DNA of 64,000 nt, from IMG/VR virus record IMGVR_UViG_3300001683_000027. One strand, 5' to 3'. Below, piece by piece: positions 36,201-45,100 of the stretch. This DNA comes from an uncultured virus (IMG/VR IMGVR_UViG_3300001683_000027) (lineage: Duplodnaviria > Heunggongvirae > Uroviricota > Caudoviricetes). Below the pieces are notes generated by a model. That model was not told the origin of the DNA and did not search any database. It saw only the letters and a list, made by a program, of their open reading frames with translations. Position 1 is the first letter of the stretch. Every line of letters begins with the position of its first letter. Both the position numbers and the translations under genes were made by a program.

Positions 36201-39200
36201 ACGGTACAGTTACTATCGCAGCAGGAAACGGTCTTAATACGGGTGGTTCGTTTACGACTAACCAAACTGGCAGTCCAACGATAACAATAGACATTGATTC
36301 ATCTTCTGTCGCAACGTTGACTGCTGGACTGTTAGATTCCTCGGCAATACCTTCTCTGGATATAAGTTCAGATATTCATGGTACACTGGCATTAACAAGA
36401 ACAACAGGAACAATTGATAGTTCACAGATTCCAGTATTAAAACTCGGAACAGATGTAACAGGCACAACGGACAACATTACTGAAGGCACAAATCTTTACT
36501 TTACCAACGCTAGGTCTAGATCCTCTATCAGTGTAACCGATACCGGTGGTGAAGGGTCTCTCGCATACAATAGTGGAACTGGTGTCATAACATACACTGG
36601 ACCATTACCTAGTGTCGGTGCGTATCCATTAGTCGAGACAGCTGTTGGCATAACAATGTCGCAATCGAACCATTATCATGTGTCTGACTCAGCAGTAACA
36701 ATGACCCTACCATCGGCAGATTCGGCAGATAGACTTGAAGTTAGTGTAAGGAACTTCACTAACACAACAGTTGCCCGTAATGGCAACAAGATTATGGGTC
36801 TTGCTGAGGACATAGTATTAAACGTCGCTTATTCAAGTTTGACGTTTGAGTTCATTGATTCTGACTTTGGTTGGTTCGTTTCTGATACCCGAGGTGATGT
36901 GACAGTTGTCAATTCATACAACGGAACTTTTGACAGTGCACAGTTTCCTAGCATTGACATTAACAATGACACGCATAGTATCCTAGATAGTGCGAGAATG
37001 GTATCGTTTGACATCAACAACGATACACATAGCATACTCGATAGTGCGAGAATGGTATCGTTTGACATCAACAACGATACACATAGCATACTCGATAGTG
37101 CGAGAATGGTATCGTTTGACATTAACAACGATACACATAGTATCCTTGACAGTGCGAGAATGGCATCGTTTGACATTAACAACGATACACATAGCATCCT
37201 TGACAGCGACAGAATGGCATCGTTTGACATTAACAACGATACACATAGTATCCTTTTACCTATATTACCTTCACCTGCGAACGATGCAACAATAACAATG
37301 ACTGCTGGTAATGGTCTGATTACTGGTGGTTCTTTTACGACAGACCAAGCAGGTGATTCGTCGATCACACACACATTGGGAACACCATCTACATTAACAT
37401 CGACAACAACCAATGCTGTTACTGCGATAAGTCATACTCATGAAATAGACGAAACTGGTTTCTCTATCGCGTCGACGCAATTAACTGGTACATTAGACTC
37501 CGCTAGATTGCCGTCGTTAGACATTAGTGCAGACACACATGGATCTCTTGCGTACTCACGAGTATCCAATACACCAACAATTGGTAATGGTACATTAACT
37601 CTCAACACTATCGGTACTGGATTATCGGGATCTACCTTGTTCACCGCCAATCAGACCGGTGGATCAACATTTAGTGTAACGTCCAATGCGACCAGTGCAA
37701 ACACGGCCGATACAATTGTTGCTAGGGACGCATCAGGTAACTTCTCTGCAGGTACGATAACTGCTGCCTTGACAGGTAATGCAAGCACCGCAACAACTGC
37801 TGCTGCGTGGACTACTGTGACCGGGATATCGGGTGGATGGGATGGATCAGGTGATATATCGTTTGCCGCAACAGTTGGTAACGACACGCACACGCACGAT
37901 GCGAGCAACTTAACTGGCAACACATTGGCCGCAGGTGTGACTGCATCGAGTCTTACTTCACTTGGAACAATAACATCGTTGTTTGCAGACACTGCAACTG
38001 TAGGCGGTCCATCAGCGACCGGTGCTAATTTTTATGTGACTGCAGGTGATAGTGCAGGTGCTAGTTCAACCACAGCAGTCATACACATGTCCGGTTATGA
38101 GGGTAGAGGTATCGGTACTCGATACTTCGATATCACTTACCCTGATGAGCAATGGTATTCTGGATTACCTTACAACGGCAATTTCAACACTTACCAAATA
38201 GGATACGATGCAATAGGCGACCAACCAGAGTACGATGCCAACTATGTCTTGAAACTTGCTAATAATGGAAATCTTACCGTATTGGGAAGTATTACTGCTA
38301 ACGGTAGTTCTGGATCAAACTTATACGGTATAGCCCTGAACAGATCCGCTGGTACTGGTTCTCCTGATATATGGCAACAAGGAGGGGAAGGTGTTGTAAT
38401 AGGCGCAGTGTCAGGAACGGCAATTCTTAGAGTGCTGCCAACTGGCATTGATGTTGTTGCTGGTGGTATTGATGTAGGTAGTACAGAAATTGTCACATCA
38501 GGTAGAGTCTTACAGAACGTTACTGCCAATGCATCTATTATAACTGCAGGCGTGTTAGACAGCGCCAGAATACCAACGCTGCAATTATCGTCTGATATCA
38601 GCGGAACAACAACAGATTTACCAGAAGGATCTAACCTTTACCATACCAACGCTCGTGCACGATCAGCAATAAGTGTAACCGATACCGGTGGTGAAGGATC
38701 GCTTGCATACAATAGTGGAACTGGTGTCATAACATATACTGGACCATTACCTAGTGTTGGTGCGTATCCTCTGATTGAGACAGCTGTTGGCATACAGATG
38801 GTACAGTCTAACCATTATCATGTGTCAGATTCTGCCCAAACAATGACGTTACCTGCGGCAGATTCGGCAGACCGTTTAGAACTAAGTGTAAGGAACTTCA
38901 CTAACACAACAGTTGCCCGTAACGGCAACAAGATTATGGGTCTTGCTGAAGACATAATTTTAAACGTCGCTTATTCAAGCCTGACGTTTGAATTTATCGA
39001 TTCAGATTATGGATGGTTCGTATCTGATACCCGAGGTGATGTGACAGTTGTCAACTCATACAACGGGACATTCGATAGTGCACAGTTTCCTAGTATCGAC
39101 ATTAACAACGATACACATAGTATCCTAGATAGTGACAGAATGGTATCGTTTGACATTAACAACGATACACATAGTATCCTAGATAGTGACAGATTACCTA

Positions 39201-39772
39201 TATTACCTTCACCTGCGAACGATGCAACTATCATACTGACAGCAGGTAATGGTCTAATCACTGGTGGTTCGTTTACGACAGACCAGTCAGGTAATGTCAC
39301 AATAACACACACATTGGGAACACCAAGCACTCTAACATCGACAACAACCAATGCTGTTACTGCGGCAAGTCATACACACCTAATAGACGAATCTGGTTTC
39401 TCTATCGCGACGAGTCAGTTAACGGGTGATGTTGCCCTTGGAACAGGAACGTCCGGAAGTTATGTACAACAAGGCGCAACATCGGGTAGTGGAATTTCTG
39501 GGTCTGTCAATTCAGAAAGTGGCACGTTCACTGTAACGTCTAATGCAACCAATCTAAACACCGCCAGCACAACTGTGTTCAGAGACGCATCAGGTAACTT
39601 CTCTGCAGGTACGATAACTGCTGCCTTGACAGGTAATGCAAGCACCGCAACAACTGCTGCTGCGTGGACTACTGCGTCACCGGTACTAGTGCCGCATGGA
39701 CTGGATCAGGTAATATATCGTTTGCTGCGACTGTCGGCAATGATACGCATACGCATGATGCAGGTAACTTAA
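33290..39772 (+). CDS. Very long repetitive tail fibre protein; frameshifted at ~39675, true C-terminus continues to 40206
   Basis: GQLAINTSDG N-terminus; EGTNLY.T..R, GGSFTT.Q and ARNGNKIMGLAED modules; RDASGNFSAGTITA; last ~30 aa of the ORF are out-of-frame text. Confidence 0.85.
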   Translation: MAEPAIILRSAVAGKAPTTTTLDFGQLAINTSDGIIYYKSQDSAGGTEIINHLGGADSGFANNSLITLSPGSGLLSGGSFTINQSSNEVISFKIDSSVIPTLVGNNTFSGTNTFSALSNQSAELTAVTINGSGTLGTRELDASAFTNTAITTNVTEGTNLYYTGSRANLAIDTRVTQSFVNNLDVDAITLGGNDSSYYLDYNNFANTPDSAGALIEDTTVTLAAGAGLLSGGSFTTNQSAPSTITFKVDSSSIPTLVGGLLDSAAIPSLDIGTDTHGILPLSRTTGTIDSSQIPSLELGTDVIGTIDSSQIPSIDINNDTHSTLDSARIPPLPSPANDATITLSAGNGLITGGSFTTDQAGNVTITHALGTPSTLTSTTTNTVTDSSHTHVIDETGFSIVATQLTGTIDSARLASFDISADTHGSLAYSRVSNTPTIGNGTVTISAGSGLLDGGSFTTNQTGSPTITLKIDSSSVATLTAGLLDSAAIPSLSISTDTHGSLALSRTTGTLDSSQIGSLDINNDTHSTLDSARIPTLQLSSDISGTTTDLSEGTNLYFTNTRSRSAISVTDAGGEGSLAYNSGTGVITYTGPLPSVGAYPLIETAVGITMSQSNHYHVSDSAVTMTLPSADSADRLELSVRNYTNTTVARNGNKIMGLAEDITINVAYSSLTFEFIDSDFGWFVSDTRGDVTVVNSYNGTFDSAQFPSIDINNDTHSILDSARMTSFDINNDTHSILDSARMTSFDINNDTHSILDSDRLPPLPSPANDATITLSAGNGLITGGSFTTDQAGDSSITHTLGTPSTLTGSTTNAVTPTSHTHEIDETGFSIATSQLTGTLDSAAIPSLSISTDTHGSLALSRTTGILDSAQIASFDIATDTHGILSLARTSGTLDSSQIPVLSLSSDIDGTTTDLPEGTNLYYTSTRANSAIDTRVTQSFVDALNVNADTLDSQNGTYYLDYVNFTSTPTIGNGTVTIAAGNGLNTGGSFTTNQTGSPTITIDIDSSSVATLTAGLLDSSAIPSLDISSDIHGTLALTRTTGTIDSSQIPVLKLGTDVTGTTDNITEGTNLYFTNARSRSSISVTDTGGEGSLAYNSGTGVITYTGPLPSVGAYPLVETAVGITMSQSNHYHVSDSAVTMTLPSADSADRLEVSVRNFTNTTVARNGNKIMGLAEDIVLNVAYSSLTFEFIDSDFGWFVSDTRGDVTVVNSYNGTFDSAQFPSIDINNDTHSILDSARMVSFDINNDTHSILDSARMVSFDINNDTHSILDSARMVSFDINNDTHSILDSARMASFDINNDTHSILDSDRMASFDINNDTHSILLPILPSPANDATITMTAGNGLITGGSFTTDQAGDSSITHTLGTPSTLTSTTTNAVTAISHTHEIDETGFSIASTQLTGTLDSARLPSLDISADTHGSLAYSRVSNTPTIGNGTLTLNTIGTGLSGSTLFTANQTGGSTFSVTSNATSANTADTIVARDASGNFSAGTITAALTGNASTATTAAAWTTVTGISGGWDGSGDISFAATVGNDTHTHDASNLTGNTLAAGVTASSLTSLGTITSLFADTATVGGPSATGANFYVTAGDSAGASSTTAVIHMSGYEGRGIGTRYFDITYPDEQWYSGLPYNGNFNTYQIGYDAIGDQPEYDANYVLKLANNGNLTVLGSITANGSSGSNLYGIALNRSAGTGSPDIWQQGGEGVVIGAVSGTAILRVLPTGIDVVAGGIDVGSTEIVTSGRVLQNVTANASIITAGVLDSARIPTLQLSSDISGTTTDLPEGSNLYHTNARARSAISVTDTGGEGSLAYNSGTGVITYTGPLPSVGAYPLIETAVGIQMVQSNHYHVSDSAQTMTLPAADSADRLELSVRNFTNTTVARNGNKIMGLAEDIILNVAYSSLTFEFIDSDYGWFVSDTRGDVTVVNSYNGTFDSAQFPSIDINNDTHSILDSDRMVSFDINNDTHSILDSDRLPILPSPANDATIILTAGNGLITGGSFTTDQSGNVTITHTLGTPSTLTSTTTNAVTAASHTHLIDESGFSIATSQLTGDVALGTGTSGSYVQQGATSGSGISGSVNSESGTFTVTSNATNLNTASTTVFRDASGNFSAGTITAALTGNASTATTAAAWTTASPVLVPHGLDQVIYRLLRLSAMIRIRMMQVT
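36954..37254 (+). repeat. 54-bp tandem array (SFDINNDTHSILDSARMV), ~6 copies; shorter arrays at ~35410-35560 and ~39095-39200
   Basis: gacattaacaa.ga.ac.catag.at.ct.ga.ag.g..agaatg repeated with 54-bp period. Confidence 0.95.
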
Positions 39773-40206
39773 CCGGTGGCACACTGGCGGCAGGTGTGAT
39801 TGCTTCCTCGTTAACCTCTGTTGGAACTCTGACTAATCTAGACGTTGACAATGTTAACGTTAACGGGTCGACGGTCACATACAATTCAATTGCCGCAACA
39901 ACAGCAGAGACTAACACGCTCGCAACAATCACGGAAACATCTATTGCCTCGTTTACAGCAGCGACTTATGGTGGTGGTAAGTTTGTTATCATCGCTAAGG
40001 ACGGAGTCAACCGACACATCTGCGAACTGCTTGTCACACACGACGGAACAACTGTCATTGCAACCCAATACGGTTCCATTTCCACTGCTGGAGATCTCGC
40101 TACATATGATGTAGACATTAATGCTGGCAGCGTGAGGATACTTGCAACAAGTGCCTCTACTGCATCCACAGTGTATAATGTGTCCGAAACACTACTAGCA
40201 GCATAA
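39676..40206 (+). CDS. C-terminal part of the 33290 fibre gene in the -1 frame
   Basis: VTGTSAAWTGSGNISF continues the motif broken at 39675; ends in ELLVTHDGTT...QYG fibre domain; no SD or start of its own. Confidence 0.75.
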   Translation, partial: VTGTSAAWTGSGNISFAATVGNDTHTHDAGNLTGGTLAAGVIASSLTSVGTLTNLDVDNVNVNGSTVTYNSIAATTAETNTLATITETSIASFTAATYGGGKFVIIAKDGVNRHICELLVTHDGTTVIATQYGSISTAGDLATYDVDINAGSVRILATSASTASTVYNVSETLLAA

Positions 40207-40216
40207 TGGATTATTA

Positions 40217-40963
40217 ATGGGAACACACTACTCACACAGACATGTCGTCAGACCACATTTTTCTTGGGACGCACAGAATTCAAAAACCTATGTGACCGAT
40301 AGTACGGTCAATGATATACTCGGTAAGACAACAATCCCTGTTACTGGTGTGACAGTCTCGGCCGCACCTTCTGAAAAAACAGGTAAGACTTACACGTTTA
40401 ATAATGGTGTCAATTCGTCTTCCGCAAGTAATTACATACGCCCAGTTGTTACGACTTCAGATGAATGGGGTTTGAATACAACAAGAGGAATATCTTCCTT
40501 TGTGACTTTCAAAAATACCTCGCTGTTGGATGCCGCGGCGCTCTCATATTACAGACAAACACCTTTCTCATATGGCAGTGATGGTCAGTTAGGTTCGTGG
40601 AACTTTGAACGACACTATCTATCTTCCAATTTTCTTTTTAGATATCATTTCGATCAAGAACCAACCTATGGTACAACGATCAATATAGGAACTGTCGATT
40701 TGAATGTGGTAACACAATTAGGATTCACACAAAGTGCATCCGAATTAGTGGTCTATAAAAATGGTGTTCCATATTCGACTTTAGACGTTTCGGCAAAAAC
40801 ATTAACAACTCCTCCAACACTCATTGCTGGAATAGGAGCTCAAAGGGGTGAGATATACGGATTTATTGGAGAAATATACAATGCTACGTTTTGGCAATCG
40901 CCTATATCCCCTACGGAAGTTTTGAATCACTATAACGACACTATAAATAGATTCGGAATCTAA
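40217..40963 (+). CDS. LamG / concanavalin-A-like domain virion protein
   Basis: WDAQNSKTY; YKNG; F.GEIY...W...ISP.EV..HYN....RFGI. Confidence 0.78.
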   Translation: MGTHYSHRHVVRPHFSWDAQNSKTYVTDSTVNDILGKTTIPVTGVTVSAAPSEKTGKTYTFNNGVNSSSASNYIRPVVTTSDEWGLNTTRGISSFVTFKNTSLLDAAALSYYRQTPFSYGSDGQLGSWNFERHYLSSNFLFRYHFDQEPTYGTTINIGTVDLNVVTQLGFTQSASELVVYKNGVPYSTLDVSAKTLTTPPTLIAGIGAQRGEIYGFIGEIYNATFWQSPISPTEVLNHYNDTINRFGI

Positions 40964-42096
40964 TGGCACTTCACCATAATACAAGGATTTCTACATCTGG
41001 ATTAAAGTTCGCCTATGATAGACAAAACCAAAAATCGTGGAAAGGTGCAGCGACTACCAATGAATTACTAGGAGAAACTTGGTGGGGTGACGGAACAACT
41101 CAATCAGGTTTTGATGCTAAGAGTGTAGTAGCAGTAACAGATCCAAATCTCATGTATAAAGGTTTATCCACATATTTATGGACTCCTGGAACATCTAAGA
41201 ACTGTTACCTTCATAGTAATGGTGCAGATGTAGATAATACTAGAACCTCCACAGAATGGACATTCTCTTGTTTCGTTCGCAGAGATGATGGCGCAGCGAT
41301 AACTTCGATGAACGTCTATATGTACTATCCTTCTAGTGATGGAGCATCCGCAGGCACAATAATAGATGTTGGTGGAGGATGGTATTTAATTTACAGAGTT
41401 CGCACAGGCGCTAGTAGTTATATATCTCTTGCTGGATTTACTGGCATGGCAAATACCACCAAATACTATCTCAGCGGTGTAATGTTAAGTAAGAGTCAAG
41501 TTCCACACTATCCTACACCTGTTAACACCTCTAGGTCAAGCACAGAGTCAGTCATTGATCTTACAAGAAATACTACTGCCACTGTTTCTAATCTAACTTA
41601 TGCAACAGATAACACATTCAGTTTCGATGGTTCGACTGGAAATATAACACTAGATTCGGTATTAACAGGCGACGAGACAACACCATTCACGTTACTTGCT
41701 ATTGCCAAAACAACTTCTGCTGCAGGATGGAAAACTATTATTGGAACTGGGGGAACTCTGCGGCAGATAGGATTCAATGGAACGACTTTCAGGTATGGGA
41801 TCAATGGCGGTGGTGGTGGCATTCTATACAATGCATCAGCAGTTACTGCCAACCAATGGTATCACATGGCATTGACTTTTGACGGTACGACTTACTTGGG
41901 TTATCTGGATAATACTCAATACACTGGCAGCGTAGGTACAAGAACTGGAACTATTACTAATCATTATCTCGGAACCTATAACGGTTCGACAGAAATTCTT
42001 GATGGAGAAATACAGTACGTTGCAATATACGATAGAACATTATCCCAAAGCGAAATTTCTCAACACTATAATGCATTCAGAGAAAGATTAGGATAA
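40963..42096 (+). CDS. LamG / concanavalin-A-like domain virion protein
   Basis: GLKFAYD..N.KSW.G; FSFDG; NQWYHMALTFDG; DGEI..VAIYDR.LS..EI.QHYNA; late promoter 40942-40949. Confidence 0.85.
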   Translation: MALHHNTRISTSGLKFAYDRQNQKSWKGAATTNELLGETWWGDGTTQSGFDAKSVVAVTDPNLMYKGLSTYLWTPGTSKNCYLHSNGADVDNTRTSTEWTFSCFVRRDDGAAITSMNVYMYYPSSDGASAGTIIDVGGGWYLIYRVRTGASSYISLAGFTGMANTTKYYLSGVMLSKSQVPHYPTPVNTSRSSTESVIDLTRNTTATVSNLTYATDNTFSFDGSTGNITLDSVLTGDETTPFTLLAIAKTTSAAGWKTIIGTGGTLRQIGFNGTTFRYGINGGGGGILYNASAVTANQWYHMALTFDGTTYLGYLDNTQYTGSVGTRTGTITNHYLGTYNGSTEILDGEIQYVAIYDRTLSQSEISQHYNAFRERLG

Positions 42097-42143
42097 TGGG
42101 CGCATACTCTGGACCAAGGACAATATATGCGGAAACGTTATAA
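42096..42143 (+). pseudogene. 15-codon remnant resembling the N-terminus of a third LamG paralogue
   Basis: MGAYSGPRTIYAETL*, coupled by TAATG overlap. Confidence 0.35.
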
Positions 42144-42192
42144 CGTATAAATAATAATAAATTAACGTCAACTTGGGGATAGGGAACCGATT

Positions 42193-45100
42193 ATGGCGAA
42201 CGATAAGAAGTTTGTGGCCAAGAATGGCCTACAAACCCAAAACATTTTGTTCAAAGATTCTGCTGGTGGTGTGCATAACATCACGATACAACTGATCGAT
42301 TCTGATGTGCTCTTGTTCGAGGGTGACGCAGGTCAATTGTTCTCGCTGTCCGACACTATGGATGGTGTCATATATTCCGTTAACGATATCTCTGGTATTC
42401 CTTCTATTGAAGTCGATGCTGACGGTATAATCCGTCTGGCGGAATTTACAGGTAATGTCCTGGTAGGTACTGATTCAGACGATGGAAGCAAGTTTCAGAT
42501 AACAGGCAGTCTGAGAGGCGACTCTGCAACGTTTGATGGTCCATTGGTCACTTCTGGCGACATCCTTCCCAATGTAGACAATACGGGTAATCTTGGTACT
42601 GCATTAAAAACATGGAATCAAGGTTATTTTACAAACATGGTGGTGGACGGCACACTCACTGTGAGAACTGCAATTGATTTAGCCGACAATGACACCATTC
42701 GATTCGGTACAAGTGACGATTTTTGGATGGCGTTTAATGGAACAGACGCCCTTATGGAATTAGAGGGTGGTGTAACTAACTTCAAAATAACAGACAATGG
42801 TACGGACAGATTCACGTTCGCTAAATCGACGGGAATACTAACAGCGACATCATTCAATGGAGCATTGACGGGTAATGCGTCGACGGCATCTGCTTGGGCA
42901 ACAGGTAGAACGATAACGTTAACAGGTGACGTTACTGGTACATCCGCGGCATGGACTGGATCAGGTAATATCTCATTCGCAACAGCTGTTGGTAATGATA
43001 CCCACACGCATGGTGCAGGTAATCTCACTGGAACAACCCTTGCTGCTGTCGTGACTGCATCGAGTTTGACATCTCTAGGATCATTGACATCGATGACCCT
43101 TGGTGGTCACACCATGAACGACATCGACATCACGTCAGAATACTCTGGCGCTGATGATCACCTGATGACATCAGCTGCTATTAACGCAAGGATATTAGAT
43201 TTCAATTATACTACGACTTCGGGTACAGTAACATCCGTTGGCGCATCAGGAACAATTCAAGGGTTAACACTATCTGGTGGACCGATAACGTCTACTGGTA
43301 CAATAACACTCGGCGGTTCGATCACGAACATGAACGCCAGCAACATAGATACTGGCACTATTCCAGGCGCTCGCGGTGTATCCTCTGGATCAACTACTAG
43401 TTCCTTTGTAGAATATAACGGAACGGTTGCAGCTGCAGGTCAATTCAATGGAGGTACAGCAACTCCTACAGGTTCAACCAGACTTAATTACAGTGGATAT
43501 TTTTATCCCACTTATATAAACCTTACAGGTAGTGGAAATACAACGACCGCGGCAACCCACTATTTTATGGAGCAATCAGGTGACGGTTATGTTCGCCCTA
43601 AAACTTTAGCGAATGTCAAGTCAGAAATAGTCACAAGTTCCGCCGTAGTTGCTGGACTAACATTTACTCCATACAATGCCACAAACCCAAACAGTTACAC
43701 TTCGTTCGCTGAAACTGAAGCACGATCAGCAATAAGTGTAACCGATACCGGTGGTGAAGGATCGCTTGCGTACAACAGTGGTTCCGGTGTCATAACATAC
43801 ACTGGACCATTACCAAGTATTGGATCATTCCCGCTTGTTGTGACAGCGACTGGTATTGCGATGTCGCAATCGAACCATTATCATGTGTCAGATTCTGCCC
43901 AAACAATGACGTTGCCTTCAGCAGATTCTGCAGATAGAATTGAAGTTAGTGTAAGAGGTTTTACTAACACAATAGTTGCCCGTAATGGCAACAAGATCAT
44001 GGGTCTTGCTGAAGACATCACAATTAACGTCGCTTATTCAAGCCTGACGTTTGAATTTATCGATTCAGATTATGGATGGTTCGTATCTGATACCCGAGGT
44101 GATGTAACGATTGTCAATTCATACAACGGGTTAATGGACAGTGCACAGTTACCTAGCATTGACATTAACAATGACACGCATAGTATCCTTGACAGTGCGA
44201 GATTGCCTTCGTTGAACTTAGCAGCAGGTGTCGACACACATGGCGATCTTCCTCTCGGTTCAAGAACATCTGGTAACTATGTTCAACAAGGTGGAACCGG
44301 CAACGGTCTAACTGGTTCGGTCAATAGCGAAGGTGGTACGTTCACCGTCACCATGGGAACTCCTGGGACGCTGACTGGCGCGACCAGCAACGGCACAACA
44401 GCAGGCAGTCACACTCATGCAATCACCACAAACGGTACAGGTGATGTCGTTGGTACGGGTTCACCAATATTCACAGGCATAGTAACTGCACCTGATTTGA
44501 CTCTGACAAGTCTGTCAAATCAGGTATCTGAAGCAACGGCAGTAATGATCAATGGTTCTAATGTAATAGGAACAAGAGAACTTGGTACAAACGCGTTCAA
44601 CTCAACTGCGTTCACAACCAACACAGGAACAGTAACATCTGTATCTGGTGGTACAGGATTAACTTCCTCCGGAGGAACGACTCCTAGTATAAGTCACGAT
44701 GCACACACAGGCGATGTTACTGGAAGCACTGGTTTGACAATTGCTGGCGATGCCGTCACTTATGCAAAGATGCAGAACGTTGTTGCTGACGATAGAATTT
44801 TAGGTAATGTTGCAGGTGCGGGTGGTATAGTTGCTGAACTAACTGCGGCACAAGTAAGGACAATGATCAATGTTGAAAACGGCGCCACTGCAGATCAAAC
44901 TGCTACTGAAATTCTCGCTGCTATTACAACCGTTGATGGTTCAGGTACAGGCTTAGATGCCGATTTATTAGATGGTAACGAGGCTACTGCCTTTGCAACA
45001 TCAGGCCATAACCACACCGGAACATATGCATTAATAGGCGGGGATTTCGCACAAGACTTTAATGTCAATAATCTTAATGTAGATGCGGGTATCGATGTAT

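Noticed and set aside
36954..37254. Possible CRISPR array
   Set aside because: Units are contiguous 54-bp in-frame coding repeats with no unique spacers; no cas genes.
39660..39690. Programmed ribosomal frameshift in the fibre gene
   Set aside because: No slippery heptamer; comparison with the paralogue shows missing bases instead.
34900..44200. Diversity-generating retroelement TR/VR pairs
   Set aside because: Differences between copies are mostly synonymous and not adenine-specific; all copies are coding; no reverse transcriptase in the window.
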